Position numbers and translations under genes: made by a program
Assembly: GCA_977017645.1 (NCBI GenBank)
Contig: OZ360232.1
Location: forward strand, 79,174,001 to 79,238,000
DNA length: 64,000 nt
DNA from: Torpedo marmorata
Lineage: Eukaryota
Reading direction: 5' to 3'
Notes under the pieces: generated by a model
Databases searched by the model: none
Seen by the model: the letters and a program-made list of their open reading frames with translations, nothing else
Told to the model about the DNA's origin: nothing
Part shown: in pieces, positions 36,350 to 47,675 of the stretch
Layout: each line of letters opens with the position of its first letter
How positions within the stretch are numbered: position 1 is the stretch's first letter

Positions 36350-38352
36350 AAGAAAATAAATGATTGTTTTGAAGCTGGGAAATTTATTACATTTCAAAGA
36401 ATGAAATATAAATTTAATATATTAGATAATACACTTTTTGCTTATGATCAAATTAGAGCTTTTCTGACTGAGAAATTAGGTTATGCTTTGATTTTACCAA
36501 GACAGAATGAATTAGAATTATTAGTTACTAAAGGAGATGTAAATAAATTTATTTCTCAAATGTATAAATTGTTTCAGAGGAAAATTCCTAAAGTAGGAAT
36601 TCATAAATCAAGATTAAAATGGGAATTAGATTTGAATGTAATAATAGATGAAAATCATTGGAAAGAATTATGTAAATTAAGTATGACGAAGATTATTAAT
36701 GTTAGATATAGATTAGTACAATACAATTTTTTTCATCAATTATATTTAACACCTAAAAAAACTAAAGAAATTTAATCCGACATTATCAGGTTTATGTTAA
36801 TAAAGAGGAAGGTTCTTTTGTACATTCTACATGGTTTTGTCCAAAAGTTTATGATTTTTGGTTGAAAGTTTAAAAATTTTTAGATAAAGTATTTAAGATT
36901 ATATTTCCAATGGATCCTATGATATTTTTGTTCGGAGATATTATAAAATTTAGTATTAAGATGAAATTAAACATGTATCAAATAGAATTTTTGCGAATTG
37001 CTTTAGCTGTTTCAAAGAAATGTATTGCTATTACTTGGAAATCTGATTTAGATTTAGGATTAGAAAGATGGCATGCAGAACTTCGTTCGTGTATACCACT
37101 TGAAAAAATTACTTATAATTTACGTAGTAAATATCATTTTTTCTTAAAAATTTGGAGCCCATATATGAAAGTTGTTGGTTTAAGGATTTGAAGATCTCTG
37201 GGTAACGGATCTACTGGCATACCTGACCTCCATAATAGAATTAGTTTATAGATGTATGTTTTTAGATTGGCGTTCTCCTTACACTATCTTTTTCTTTCTT
37301 CTTTTTTTTCTCTTTTTCTATTTTTATTTTATTTATTTTTTTTATTAGATGAGTGGGGGAGGGGAGGGTGGGGGGGTGAAAATGTATAACAAATATTTTG
37401 ATAATTTCATAATTTATTTTATATATTTTGTGATTTAAACATTTTTTAAAATATTTTTTTTTTAAATTTAAAAAAAGAAAAGGGAAATATGGATGCCTAA
37501 TAATAGAAGCGTTGTCAAACAACGTACACTGAATTTAAAGGGAAGATTCAAGAAAGATTCTTCCTTTCATTCAGATTACACCAACTGCGTGTCTGACATG
37601 ATATTTAAAGGTTATGCAGAGAAAGTACCAGATGATATCTTGGAACGTTGTGATGGCAAAAAAATCACCACAGAAGAAAAAACTTCGTGTGGTGTTTGAT
37701 TGTGGAGCAACCCTTCGGGGGGGGTTTCACTAAATTCTCAACTCTTGCAGGGTTCTGATTTGACCAGTACGTTGATAGGAATCTTAACTAGATTCCGTAA
37801 AGAACCTGCCGTCATTACTGCAGACATTGAAGCAATGTTCCATCAGGTGAAAGTACTGAATGATGACCTTGACTTGTTACGATTCCTTTGGTGGCCTGAT
37901 GGAGACTATGGTCAGAACATGGTAGAATACAGAATAACAGGGCATCTATTTGGAGCAACATCATCACCAAGTTGTGTGAATTTTGCCCTTAGGAAGTGTG
38001 CTGAAGACAATATGGAACAATTTAGCTCTCCAACTATAAGCACCATCAGGAATAACTTCTATGTGGATGACTGTCTCACTTCTGCAGCTAAGAGCGATCT
38101 GCAACAAAGGAGGCTTTCTACTTACCAAATGGACAAGTAACAGTCGCCAGGTATTGGCTGCCATACCTGAAAGGGGGCAAAAGAAATGAAGAATTTGGAC
38201 TTTAGACCATGACAACCTTCCTGTGGAGAGGGTGTTAGGTGTACAATGGTGTGTTCAGTGTGATGTTTTTAAGCTCAAAATCATTTTGAACGACCGACCT
38301 CTCACAAGAAGGGGGATTCTATCAAGTCAGTTCGATATATGATCCTCTAGGA

Positions 38353-38446
38353 CAGTGGTTCTCAACCTTTTTGTTTCCACTCACATACCACCTTAAGGTT
38401 ACTTAAGGTGGTATGTGAGTGGAAAAAAATAGGTTGAGAACCACTG
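38353..38446. mobile_element. 94-bp palindromic hAT/Charlie-type MITE
   Basis: TIR CAGTGGTTCTCAACCT, almost fully self-complementary; 8-bp TSD CTCTAGGA at 38345-38352 and 38447-38454. Confidence 0.92.
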
Positions 38447-39436
38447 CTCTAGGAATATTGGCACCAGTTGTCCTGACTGCCAAGAAGATCCTGCAAGCTT
38501 TGTGTAGGAAAAGATTGGTTGGGATGATGAGATACCAGAATCCATTGTACAAGAATGGACGTGTTGGATTCAGGATCTTCGTAAGCTGGAAGACTTCAAA
38601 ATTGACAGATGCTTCAAACCCACAAATTTTGGAACTGTAACATCTGCTCAATTGCATCATTTTGCTGATGCATGTGAAGACGGTTATGGAACTGTTAGTT
38701 ACCTGTTACTGCATGATAACAAGGATCATTGTGGATTTGCAATAGGAAAGGCCAGAGTGGCTCCATTGAAATCATTCACTATCCCACGAATGGAGTTGAC
38801 GGCTGCTACCATGGCAAGTAGATGGACACAATGTTGAAAAGAGAGTTGCAGGTGAAACTAACAGACTCCATATTTTGGACTGATAGCACCTCTGTGCTCA
38901 AATACATCAACAATAAAACCACAAGGTTTCGAACTTTTGTGGCTAACAGAATCACAGAAATTGATAAAGTCTCACATCCAATACAGTGGAGATATGTTAA
39001 TGCAGTTAACAATCCTGCTTATCTGGCTTCCCGAGGTTTGAAAGTCAAGTCTTTTTTAAAGAAAGAAATGTGGGTGTCCGGGCCTCGATTTCTTCTACAG
39101 CCTTAAAAGGAGTGGCCTCAAAATCCTGATAAATTAAAAGAAATTTTACCAGAAGACCCTGAAATCAGGAGTAAGACTGCAAATGCTGTTCAGATAATGT
39201 CTGAACAAATGGATACAGTTACCCACTTAATCCATTACTTCTCATCCTGGAAGAGTTTGAAAAAGGCAGTAGCATTTAAAAGATGGTTTCTGAATCGTAG
39301 CAGAAAGAACAAACAAACAAGCGATGTTCCTGCTCAATTTCAATCGAATAACATCTATCAAGAAGATCTACCACAAAAAGACACAGGTGATCTTGAGACT
39401 CAAGAAAAGGGAGGTCTCACATTTAAATAATTGATT

Positions 39437-39995
39437 TTTTTTTAAATTTTGTTTAAATTTTTAATCACAAAATACATAAGATAAAATATAAAATTATCAA
39501 AATACATGTGATACATTTTCACCCTCCCTCCTTCCCTCCCCAACCCCCCCAATCCCACTAATCTAATAAAATATTTTAAAAAAAGTAAAAATAGAAAAAA
39601 GAAAGAGAAAAAAGGATAGAGAAAGGGGAATGCCATCTATAAACTAATTCTATTGTGGAGGTCAAGCATGCCAGTAGATCCGATATCCAGAGATCATCAA
39701 ATCCTTAAACCCACAGTTCTCATATATGGGCTCCAAATTTTTAAGAAAAAATGATATTTATTACGTAAATTATAGGTAATTTTTTCAAGTGGTATACACG
39801 AACGAAGTTCTGCATGCCATCTTTCTAATCCTAAATCTAAATCAGATTTCCAGGTAATAGCAATGCATTTTTTTGAAACAGCTAAAGCAATTCGTAAAAA
39901 TTCTACTTGATACATATTTAATTTCTTCTTAATACTAAACTTTCTAATATCTCCAAACAAAAATATCATAGGATCCATTGGAAATGAAATTTTAA
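39437..39995 (-). mobile_element. L1 3' fragment inserted in BEL pol
   Basis: C-terminal FPMDPM...KIWSPY in ORF 39697..40212; TSD ATTTAAA(T/G)AATTGATT at 39421-39436 and 39996-40011. Confidence 0.88.
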
Positions 39996-40477
39996 ATTTA
40001 AAGAATTGATTAATGCTGAGATGGAGATAATATGCTTTTGCCAGTAGGAAGACATATATGTGCGCCACAGGTGGAAGCAGGTGCAATTTATATCGGATTT
40101 GTTCTGGAAAAGATGGGTGATAGAATATCTTCCACTGTTGCAGGAGCGACAGAAATGGTTTAAAATCAGGTGCAATTTCAAGGCTGGGGATGTCGTGATC
40201 ATTATGGACCATTCAGTGCCTCGAAATTCCTGGTTGATGGGGAAGATTATTGATACCATCCAGGACAAAAGAGGACTTGTACATCAAGTTCGGATTAAGA
40301 CACAAACTGGCTTTCTGAACAGACCAATTACCAAAATCTGTCTTTTACAAGAAGCAGAAAGCTTTGATAATTGACTTTCACTTTCTTTTGAAATTTAACC
40401 GATATACTACTATGTACTGTTTGATTTTTTTTTGTAATGGTAATTATTTTTTAAACATTATAATTAGGGGCCGTTAT

Positions 40478-40873
40478 TGTAAGGGTTAAAATGTATTTCA
40501 TGGTTGCAAGCAAATTCTGTATACAGCGTTTAAGATGTTGTTTACATATTCTTTTGAGTGTCTCCTGGCAACGTCTTCGAGTCAAGGTCTTACGGCTTGT
40601 TAGAGATTACACATGTTAGTTTAGTTTCCTTTGCTCTACGAAATGGAAGGAATTCGTTTTGTTCTGACAATTTTATTGACCGTTTAACAAAGTTTTAACG
40701 GCTTGTAACAATGTATAGCAACTGATAATAACGTTACCAATGTTTAATAAACTCTGGAAAACTCAACTTAACTTTAGTACAGATTTGTTTGAACAAGTCA
40801 TAGACAACAAGTCATAGACAACAACAACATTCTAATATCCTCCAAGCAATTATAAAGGAAAATAGTTGCTACA
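40478..40873 (+). repeat. BEL 3' LTR
   Basis: Direct repeat of 23226-23628 with substitutions and two repeat-unit indels. Confidence 0.95.
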
Positions 40874-41509
40874 ATATGAATTGCAAAATGTTAGTGGGTA
40901 GATGCGACAAGTAATTATGGAGACAAACAGCATCTTGACCTTGATTGCAAAGGATCTGGAGTTTAATTTATAGGGAGGTTTTGTTACAGGTGAGGCCATA
41001 GTCTGAATATATTTTGGTGGGAATCTGATTCAAACTGTCTACTGCCTCTTGAGAGTAATAAGTGATCTTGTCAGCACTGATTGTATCCTAGGAACAAGAT
41101 ATATTTAGTGTTTAGTAAAATGGCATATTAAATACAAACCTTCTAAAATCAGCACCTAATTTGTCGATCACATTTTATTATTGTATCATCTTTTAATGGT
41201 ACTTTGACTAGTCTAAATGTCCAACTTGAGTAGGTTTATACCCCTTTTTCCTGGTATTAAGGAAGTATTACTTTAATAGATTTTACATGAAATTTGCATC
41301 TTTCTCAAATATAAATTTCTGTGAGCCTCCAGAGCCCCTGGTGAGTATATGAGACCTAAAGATGATACAGGATATAAAGGCTACTTTGGATCTCCCACTC
41401 TCGCATAGATCTAGGTGCCTCTGTTTTGGCACTCATTTGCAATGTGCAATTTCACGATAACCCTCATTTATTTTACTAAAGGGTTTCTCATCATTGCTCT
41501 GAATACATG

Positions 41510-42860
41510 CATTAGAATCAGTAGCAGGCCACTCAACACTTCACTGGCTTCAAAATTTCATAAGATTAAGCTGACCATGTTATAACCTCAACTTTATATT
41601 TCCATCTACACATCGTAACCTTTTACCATATTTATCAAGTATCTGGTGGATCTGTGTCTGCCTTAAAATGTTCAAAGACTTTAACTGGCCTTTGAGCAAA
41701 AGCATTCTAAAGATTCACAATGCTCGGAAGCACAAATATTTTGCCTCATCTCTCGCTTAAATAGGTGACTCCTTATTTTTAAACAGTGATCCCTTGTTCA
41801 TGATACTTCCAAAAGAGAAAGTCTTCTCACATCCAAATATTTTACTTTTCAGTCAGGTCCCCTCTCACTCTTTAGAATTCTCCAATGTATACAAGCCTCC
41901 CCTGTCCAAACGTTCTTCCTAAAACGGCCTAGTCTTAACAGGTATTAATCTGGTAAACCTTCCCTGAAGCACTTCTGTATTGACAAGCTTTCTACAATGA
42001 GAAAACCAATAGTGTGCACAGTTCTCCAGATGTGGTCTCTCCAATGACCTATAAATCTGAAGTATTATTTCTCTGCTCTTGCATTCAGTTTCCATAACAA
42101 TAAGTTAGAACATTTTTCTAGTTTTCCTAATTACTTGCTCTACTGGCATTCAAGACTTTTGCACCTCATGCACAGGACACACCTATCCCTCTGCATTTCA
42201 GATTTTTGTATTCTCTCATTTATATAGACACTTCAGATAATTCAGATATTTTTCTTGTTTGTTTTCTTGCCTAAATGGACAATTTGGCATTTTCCCACCT
42301 TGTATTTTATTTATTAAATGTTTACCCACATACTATGTCCCTTTGTAGCCTCCTTATGTCCTCTTCATGACTTAGATTCCTACTTTGTTATCAACAGTGT
42401 CTGTGATTTAATTTATCATGCATCCTTCCATTTCACCAGTCTGTTTCTGTTCTTGGTGTTTTTCATTTGTTTAATATTATCTGCAAACTTAATGACTTGG
42501 ATGTGAATGGTATAGTTTAAGGAATAACTTAATGAGCAACAGGAGTTCACTGTAAACATCTCTGCAATCTGGAAAAAACAAGCATTTTTCACTGGTTACA
42601 GCTTAGTTTTGCAAAGCCAATTTTGTATCCAGATTATCACTATCCCTTCAACACATGGCTTTATTTGCTGACAAATCTCCAAGAGATAACTTTGTCAAAC
42701 CTCCTATTAACCTCATCATCTCTTTGTAATCACTTTAGAGAACTTGATGAAACTCTGAAACTTCATTTGCATAATTTATAAATGTTGTTTTCCAGTTACT
42801 CCTCCATTGGCATTGGGTTGACTGGTTTGTAGTTGTTTGGTTTATTCATTTACCGTATTT
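41510..42860 (-). mobile_element. Ancient degraded CR1 fragment
   Basis: Decayed CR1-like wording on minus strand (e.g. GTGCACAGTTCTCCAGATGTGGTCT, GACTGGTTTGTAGTT on plus); boundaries approximate. Confidence 0.5.
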
Positions 42861-43586
42861 TTTTAACATTTTTTAACACTTGCATTTCATTACGAACCTT
42901 TATTAAAGATACCACAACTATCATAGGACTCCTTTGTTCAGCTTCATTTTAAATTTTTATCTGGGGGCTCCAGCTTTGAGGGCTATTTTTTTTCCTTTCT
43001 CATCAATATGTCTTTGAAGGTCCCTCTTCTGCCATGTCCACAGCAAAGGTAAATTTTAGTTAATCTATCAAATTGTTTTGGTCTTTTTGTAGCTTTGTTT
43101 TTGTGTTCATAAGTATTTGTTCATTTAAAAAGTTAAAATCTAATGAGGTTTACTGATACTTCTGAATGTCAGGAACATTGAAGAAAAATATTTTGTGCTC
43201 AGTTGTCTTTAACAATTGACTAAACTGCAGATATGGCTTGGCAAAGAGTCGGTATTTTTTTTCCTCTTTTCATTTATCAGATTTTACACAATAGAACTTG
43301 GAAAAGATTCTTTCAGATCTTCACCTCAAGCATTAACTTGTATTTAAGTACAGATGGCCAGTTATGGCAGTCAATTTATTTTAATATCATAGCTCTGCTT
43401 AACTTTCATCTATTTTCAAACTTGTCTCATCAAGTCCAAAGTACAGATTCCAAGGTTCTGCATTAAAATTTGCAATTAAAAACAGTCACTGAAGGAGTGA
43501 TTTTTTTATTTATTTTTTAAAGTGGATATTTGAACAAAAGACTTGAAAGGACTTTATTTAATCTTTTAATATTTGGTTTTATCCAG

Positions 43587-43760
43587 GTCATTCATCCCTC
43601 TTTCCAGTTGAAGATGGTTTCCTTGATGATGGACGTGGGGATCAAACTCTTCATAGTGGCTTGAGTTCTCCTCATTGTTTTCCTCACCAAAATGGTGAAA
43701 GAGTGGAACGATATTCCCGCAAAGTATTTGTTGGTGGTCTGCCACCTGACATCGATGAAG
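43587..43760 (+). CDS. CPEB4: CPEB4-like coding exon (linker + start of RRM1)
   Basis: ccag|GT CAT...GAT GAA G|gtagg; HSSLFPVEDGFLDDGRGDQTLHSGLSSPHCFPHQNGERVERYSRKVFVGGLPPDIDE; linker matches recalled CPEB4 rather than CPEB2/3. Confidence 0.92.
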
Positions 43761-44138
43761 GTAGGGTTGAAGTTTTAAAATTATTTTGTTGGTACAAAAT
43801 ATCAAACAATTTTTTAAATGTACAAGAAAACTGAATAAATCTGACTGGTTCAATGGCCCCTGCTTCATTATAAACTTAAGATAATAAGTCTCCTTTGTAA
43901 AAATACAAGGTAACATTTTTTTTTACCAACAATAAGTGCAGAAAGTGGAGATCTAATCGACAATGCACATTGACCTAAACTGTGTGAAATGTAAGAAACA
44001 TTGTATTTAGTCAACTTAGTAATTTCTGGACAAAAACCTCTAATTTTATTACAAGTTTTCTACCATGTGTGTAAATGCAGAGCATATGTGATTGGAGTCT
44101 AGAAAATCTATCATCAGTAAGACATTTTATTCAAACAG

Positions 44139-44228
44139 ATGAAATCACAGCTAGTTTTCGTCGATTTGGTTCTCTGGTTGTTGACTGGCCTCACAAAGCA
44201 GAGAGCAAGTCCTATTTTCCACCCAAAG
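44139..44228 (+). CDS. CPEB4: CPEB4-like coding exon (RRM1)
   Basis: acag|AT...AAA G|gtaagc; EITASFRRFGSLVVDWPHKAESKSYFPPK. Confidence 0.95.
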
Positions 44229-44534
44229 GTAAGCCAAGTTATATTTAACATACTTACTTATGATTTTTTTTATAATTCATGCTATATTAGAGTATAATAT
44301 AGAATTGTCCTGAACATTCTTTTCTTTAAAACTGTTCAGTATATTTTGTTTGAACATTTAGCAGGGATAAAGGAACAAAAAAGCTGATGAATATCAAAAT
44401 AAGGTTTTTGTCCAACAAAAATACAAGGGCTCTTTATTTACATTTTATATAAATAGTGCCAAGGTAACACATGCTTTAAAATGTGGGTGTTCCGGTTTCC
44501 TCCCAGCCTTCAATATGTACAGGGTTGTAAAGTT

Positions 44535-44752
44535 TCCATTTTTGTCACGTAATACTACATTTAGAATGTAACATACATGAAATTCTTTAATTTTTGTGTA
44601 CCGTAAGGCTGACAGAGGGTCGCTATTTTGTCCAGTGCCCCTCACAGAAACCTACAGCACCTGGTGTTCCTATGCAGTCTCCCCTCCAAGTACTGACCAG
44701 TCCTGTTCCTGCTTAGCTTCTGAGATCAGACAATCCCAGTCGTATCCAGGCT
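44535..44752 (-). mobile_element. 5S rRNA-derived SINE (SINE3-type), inserted in an older V-SINE-like element
   Basis: Minus strand GTCTGATCTCAGAAGCTAAGCAGG...CAGTACTTGGAGGGGAGAC...GGTGCTGTAGG is 5S-like; non-5S body shared with 63818-64000. Confidence 0.85.
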
Positions 44753-44843
44753 ATTGGTGCTGTGGGTTGGTAGGTTAATTGGGTGTAATTGGAAGGCACA
44801 GATTTCTTGAGCCTGAAGTGCCTTCTACTGCATAATTAAAATA

Positions 44844-45378
44844 CAGCCATGCGTCGACTTGCGTCCGGGTTACGTTCTGGAAGTGGGGACGCAAATCGAT
44901 TTGGGCGTAAGTCGATCATTATAGGTGAAATATACTGTACAACATAAGATACCATGACACACGTACATATTTACCTAAACCTCTATATTGTACATACACA
45001 TGTCTAAATACCATAGTTAATAAAATGTAAATACTGTACAGTACCTATAAAAATAGTAGTAAATAGAGAGAGTACACAATAACGTAATAACACAATAACA
45101 ATAAAAAGTACATACATATTATAGATTTCAATTACATATATGTACTGTAATATAAGTTAGGTGTATACTGTGTACCATTATACGGCTGGCAGCGTAATCG
45201 CTTTGTTTTGGCTTTTGAGCCCACGTGTCGAATGCGTGATGCGTGACCTAACATTCGCTAACTCCCGCCAACGTCGGTCTCGGTGTAAATTTTAAAATTT
45301 TTATTAAGCCCTTATGGTGACCTCGGACGTATCTGCGATCAGACGTTACTCGATCGGGCGTAAGTCGAGGTATGGCTG
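44844..45378. mobile_element. Tc1/pogo (Tigger-like) MITE
   Basis: TIRs CAGCCATGCGTCGACTTGCGTCC / GGGCGTAAGTCGAGGTATGGCTG flanked by TA. Confidence 0.8.
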
Positions 45379-46181
45379 TAGTTTAAAAATAACAGTAAGA
45401 ACTCTTATTACCATGGTGTCAATTTGTAAGAATATTTTCTGAAATTTTGCTATCACAATGAAGAATCAGGCTATATATTTGTTGGGGATAGTGCCACAGT
45501 TTAAGAACTATTGAGTCACACGTCACAGGAACACGACCATTGGTCCAAAAGTTCCATGCCAACCATCAACTATCGAAACTAAATCCAAAAGGAAGTCTTA
45601 AGAAGATAGTCAGCCTCTGCATTCTTTCTAAGGCCTTTTCCTGATTCATCATGGAACTCGGAGGCACGTGCTTTGGATTTTTCCAAGCATAAGATTAACC
45701 TTTTTTTCTGTTTCTCCTTGGGATAACATTTTGGGCTTTAAGCTTTATTTTGTCTTTGTTTTTGAGGATTGTTTGCACCATTGATGTTGCAAGATTTAAC
45801 ATATGGCTTATTTCCATAGGAATAAAATTCAATTTTATCATGTATTGCTCCCTTAATGATTTTGAATGGGGCGTAGCAGTTTTCTAGCAGCAGTGGTCTA
45901 ATAGCAACTACTAGTGATTGTCTATCAGAGTTCAATTTTTAGGCCTTAAGTAGTTTCCTAGAAAGATAATTTAATCATTTATTGGATTTAAGGATTTTTA
46001 TTTTATGATGCATATGATATGCCTTTTCATTAAGCAAAATAATAATTGCTCACAATCCTAATCATACCACTGCATAATCTGCTCCTAAAATCTATATTCC
46101 AATAATGTGCAAAAATACTAGGTGCATTAAGCAACCAGACTAGCTGAGTTGAATCAATTTATTCTCTGTTTCATTTTGTAG

Positions 46182-46300
46182 GTTATGCATTTCTGCTATT
46201 TCAGGAAGAAGGTTCTGTACAGGCTTTAATTGATGCTTGCATTGAAGAGGAAGGAAAGCTATATCTTTGTGTGTCAAGTCCAACCATCAAGGATAAACCA
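46182..46300 (+). CDS. CPEB4: CPEB4-like coding exon (RRM1)
   Basis: gtag|GT TAT...AAA CCA|gtaagc; YAFLLFQEEGSVQALIDACIEEEGKLYLCVSSPTIKDKP. Confidence 0.95.
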
Positions 46301-46529
46301 GTAAGCAGATACATATTTAATAACAAAAATAACCAAAATGTGATAATTAACATTTAGGACTTGAATTGTTTGGGCATCCTTAGCTAGGAACTCTGACTTT
46401 TCTGCTCTACAACTGCAGGTTATAATCCTTTTTTTAAATGTACACAGAGAATGTTTTAGAAAAATAATCACCTCATTAAGAATATAAAAAGCTGAATTAT
46501 AATATGTAATCCAATACCATAATTGATCT

Positions 46530-46996
46530 AAAAAACAAAAAAATGCTGGAAAAGCTCAGCAGGTCAAACAGTGTCCTTTATGTAGCAAAGGTAAAAATAC
46601 ATAAAAAAATGTTTCGGGCTTGAGCCCTTTATCAAGGTATGAGAGAATGCCAGCAGGCGTCCGAACAAAAGGGTAGAGGAGGAAGGGGGGGGTGGCAAAG
46701 GCAGGAGATGATGGGTGGATGAGGGGAGGGAGGGGACAGCAGCAATGAGGGGGAGGAGGGATGGCTAGGAGGGGAAGGGAGGGGAGAACTGGAAAGAGGG
46801 GGAGGGGAAAGAGAAGGCGAGCAAGTTTAGTAGAAAGCAGAGAAATCAATGTTAATGCCATTTGGCTGGAGAGTGCCCAGACGGAAGATAAGGTGTTGTT
46901 CCTCCAATCTGCAGGTGGTCAGGGTGGGATAGTGCAAAAGGCCATGGACAGACATGAGAGTCTGGGAGTGTGACTCAGAATTGAAATGGTTGGCTA
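46530..46996 (-). mobile_element. Penelope 3' fragment/pLTR
   Basis: Similar to 19458-19875; includes degenerate hammerhead motif ~46605-46640. Confidence 0.85.
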
Positions 46997-47036
46997 CGAC
47001 TTGAGTTTATCATGTGAGCAGCAGCCATAATTACTA

Positions 47037-47470
47037 CCGTATTTGATGGCATATAAGACCCCCCCCCCCCCATTTCAGCAGGGAATATTAAGAATTTTTT
47101 TTAGTGTATTTACGGGTAAGTTGGCGAGTGGGTTCCTCTTGCGCTGCTGGCGGGGGCCGCTGTGGTCCACCTCCTCACCAGGGGGAGTGAGCGGCGGCGG
47201 CTGCTCCGGACGGTCTTGCGCTGCTGGCAGGGGCCGCCGTCGTCGGCCTTCTCACCGGGGAAAGTGAGCGGCGGTGGCGGCTCCAGAAAGCACGGGCCAC
47301 CCAAGGGAAGGTGGCCCGCTTCCTGGACAAACGCAGCACCTCCGCGGGCTTCTTGAAGCTGGGCGAGTAGCCGGTGACCTGCTCAATTTCAACTTCTCAT
47401 AAGACCTGCGGGGTATTTTTGAGCCAATTTTTGGGGAAAAAGAGTGGGTCTTATATGCCATCAAATACAG
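47037..47470. mobile_element. pogo-related MITE with GC-rich duplicated core
   Basis: TIRs CCGTATTTGATGGCATATAAGACC / GGTCTTATATGCCATCAAATACAG, TA flanks; two ~78-bp direct repeats at ~47137-47290. Confidence 0.88.
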
Positions 47471-47560
47471 TATATTGAAGTATGACCTTTATTTAATGAA
47501 TGAATCTTTTATTATGTTATCTCATATTTGAAATTCTAAGAGACTTAATATTAAATGCAG

Positions 47561-47675
47561 GTTCAGATACGCCCATGGAATCTCAATGACAGTGATTTTG
47601 TAATGGATGGTTCTCAGCCACTTGATCCACGGAAGACTATATTTGTAGGTGGTGTTCCCAGACCCCTTAGAGCTG
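47561..47675 (+). CDS. CPEB4: CPEB4-like coding exon (RRM1 end, RRM2 start)
   Basis: gcag|GTT CAG...GCT G|gtaagc; VQIRPWNLNDSDFVMDGSQPLDPRKTIFVGGVPRPLRA. Confidence 0.95.

Larger units (their letters stand above)
28894..37472 (+). mobile_element. L1 host copy (inter-ORF spacer + full-length degraded ORF2 + 3' UTR) in three pieces: 28894-30992, 33921-34987, 36350-37472
   Basis: ORF2 start MDSKKINVVSININGLN (29097), APE motifs GGDFN, SRID, SDH; TSD AAAAGAAAAGGGAAAT at 28878-28893 and 37473-37488. Confidence 0.92.
23226..40873 (+). mobile_element. BEL/Pao LTR retrotransposon, both LTRs present, polyprotein degraded, with multiple nested insertions; itself inserted in an old CR1
   Basis: LTRs TG...CA with 5-bp TSD ATATG (23221-23225, 40874-40878); gag IPVFDGDPL (27007..27237) and zinc knuckles (27877..28137), protease AFLDPGS (28134..28379), RT NFYVDD (37700..38140), RNase H LHHFADA (38652..38837), integrase C-terminus FWKRW (40060..40374); PPT-like TAGGGGCCG. 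Confidence 0.95.

Noticed and set aside
1-43586. HDV-like CPEB3 ribozyme ortholog
   Set aside because: No matching sequence recognised by eye; that ribozyme is described from mammalian CPEB3 and this gene looks like CPEB4
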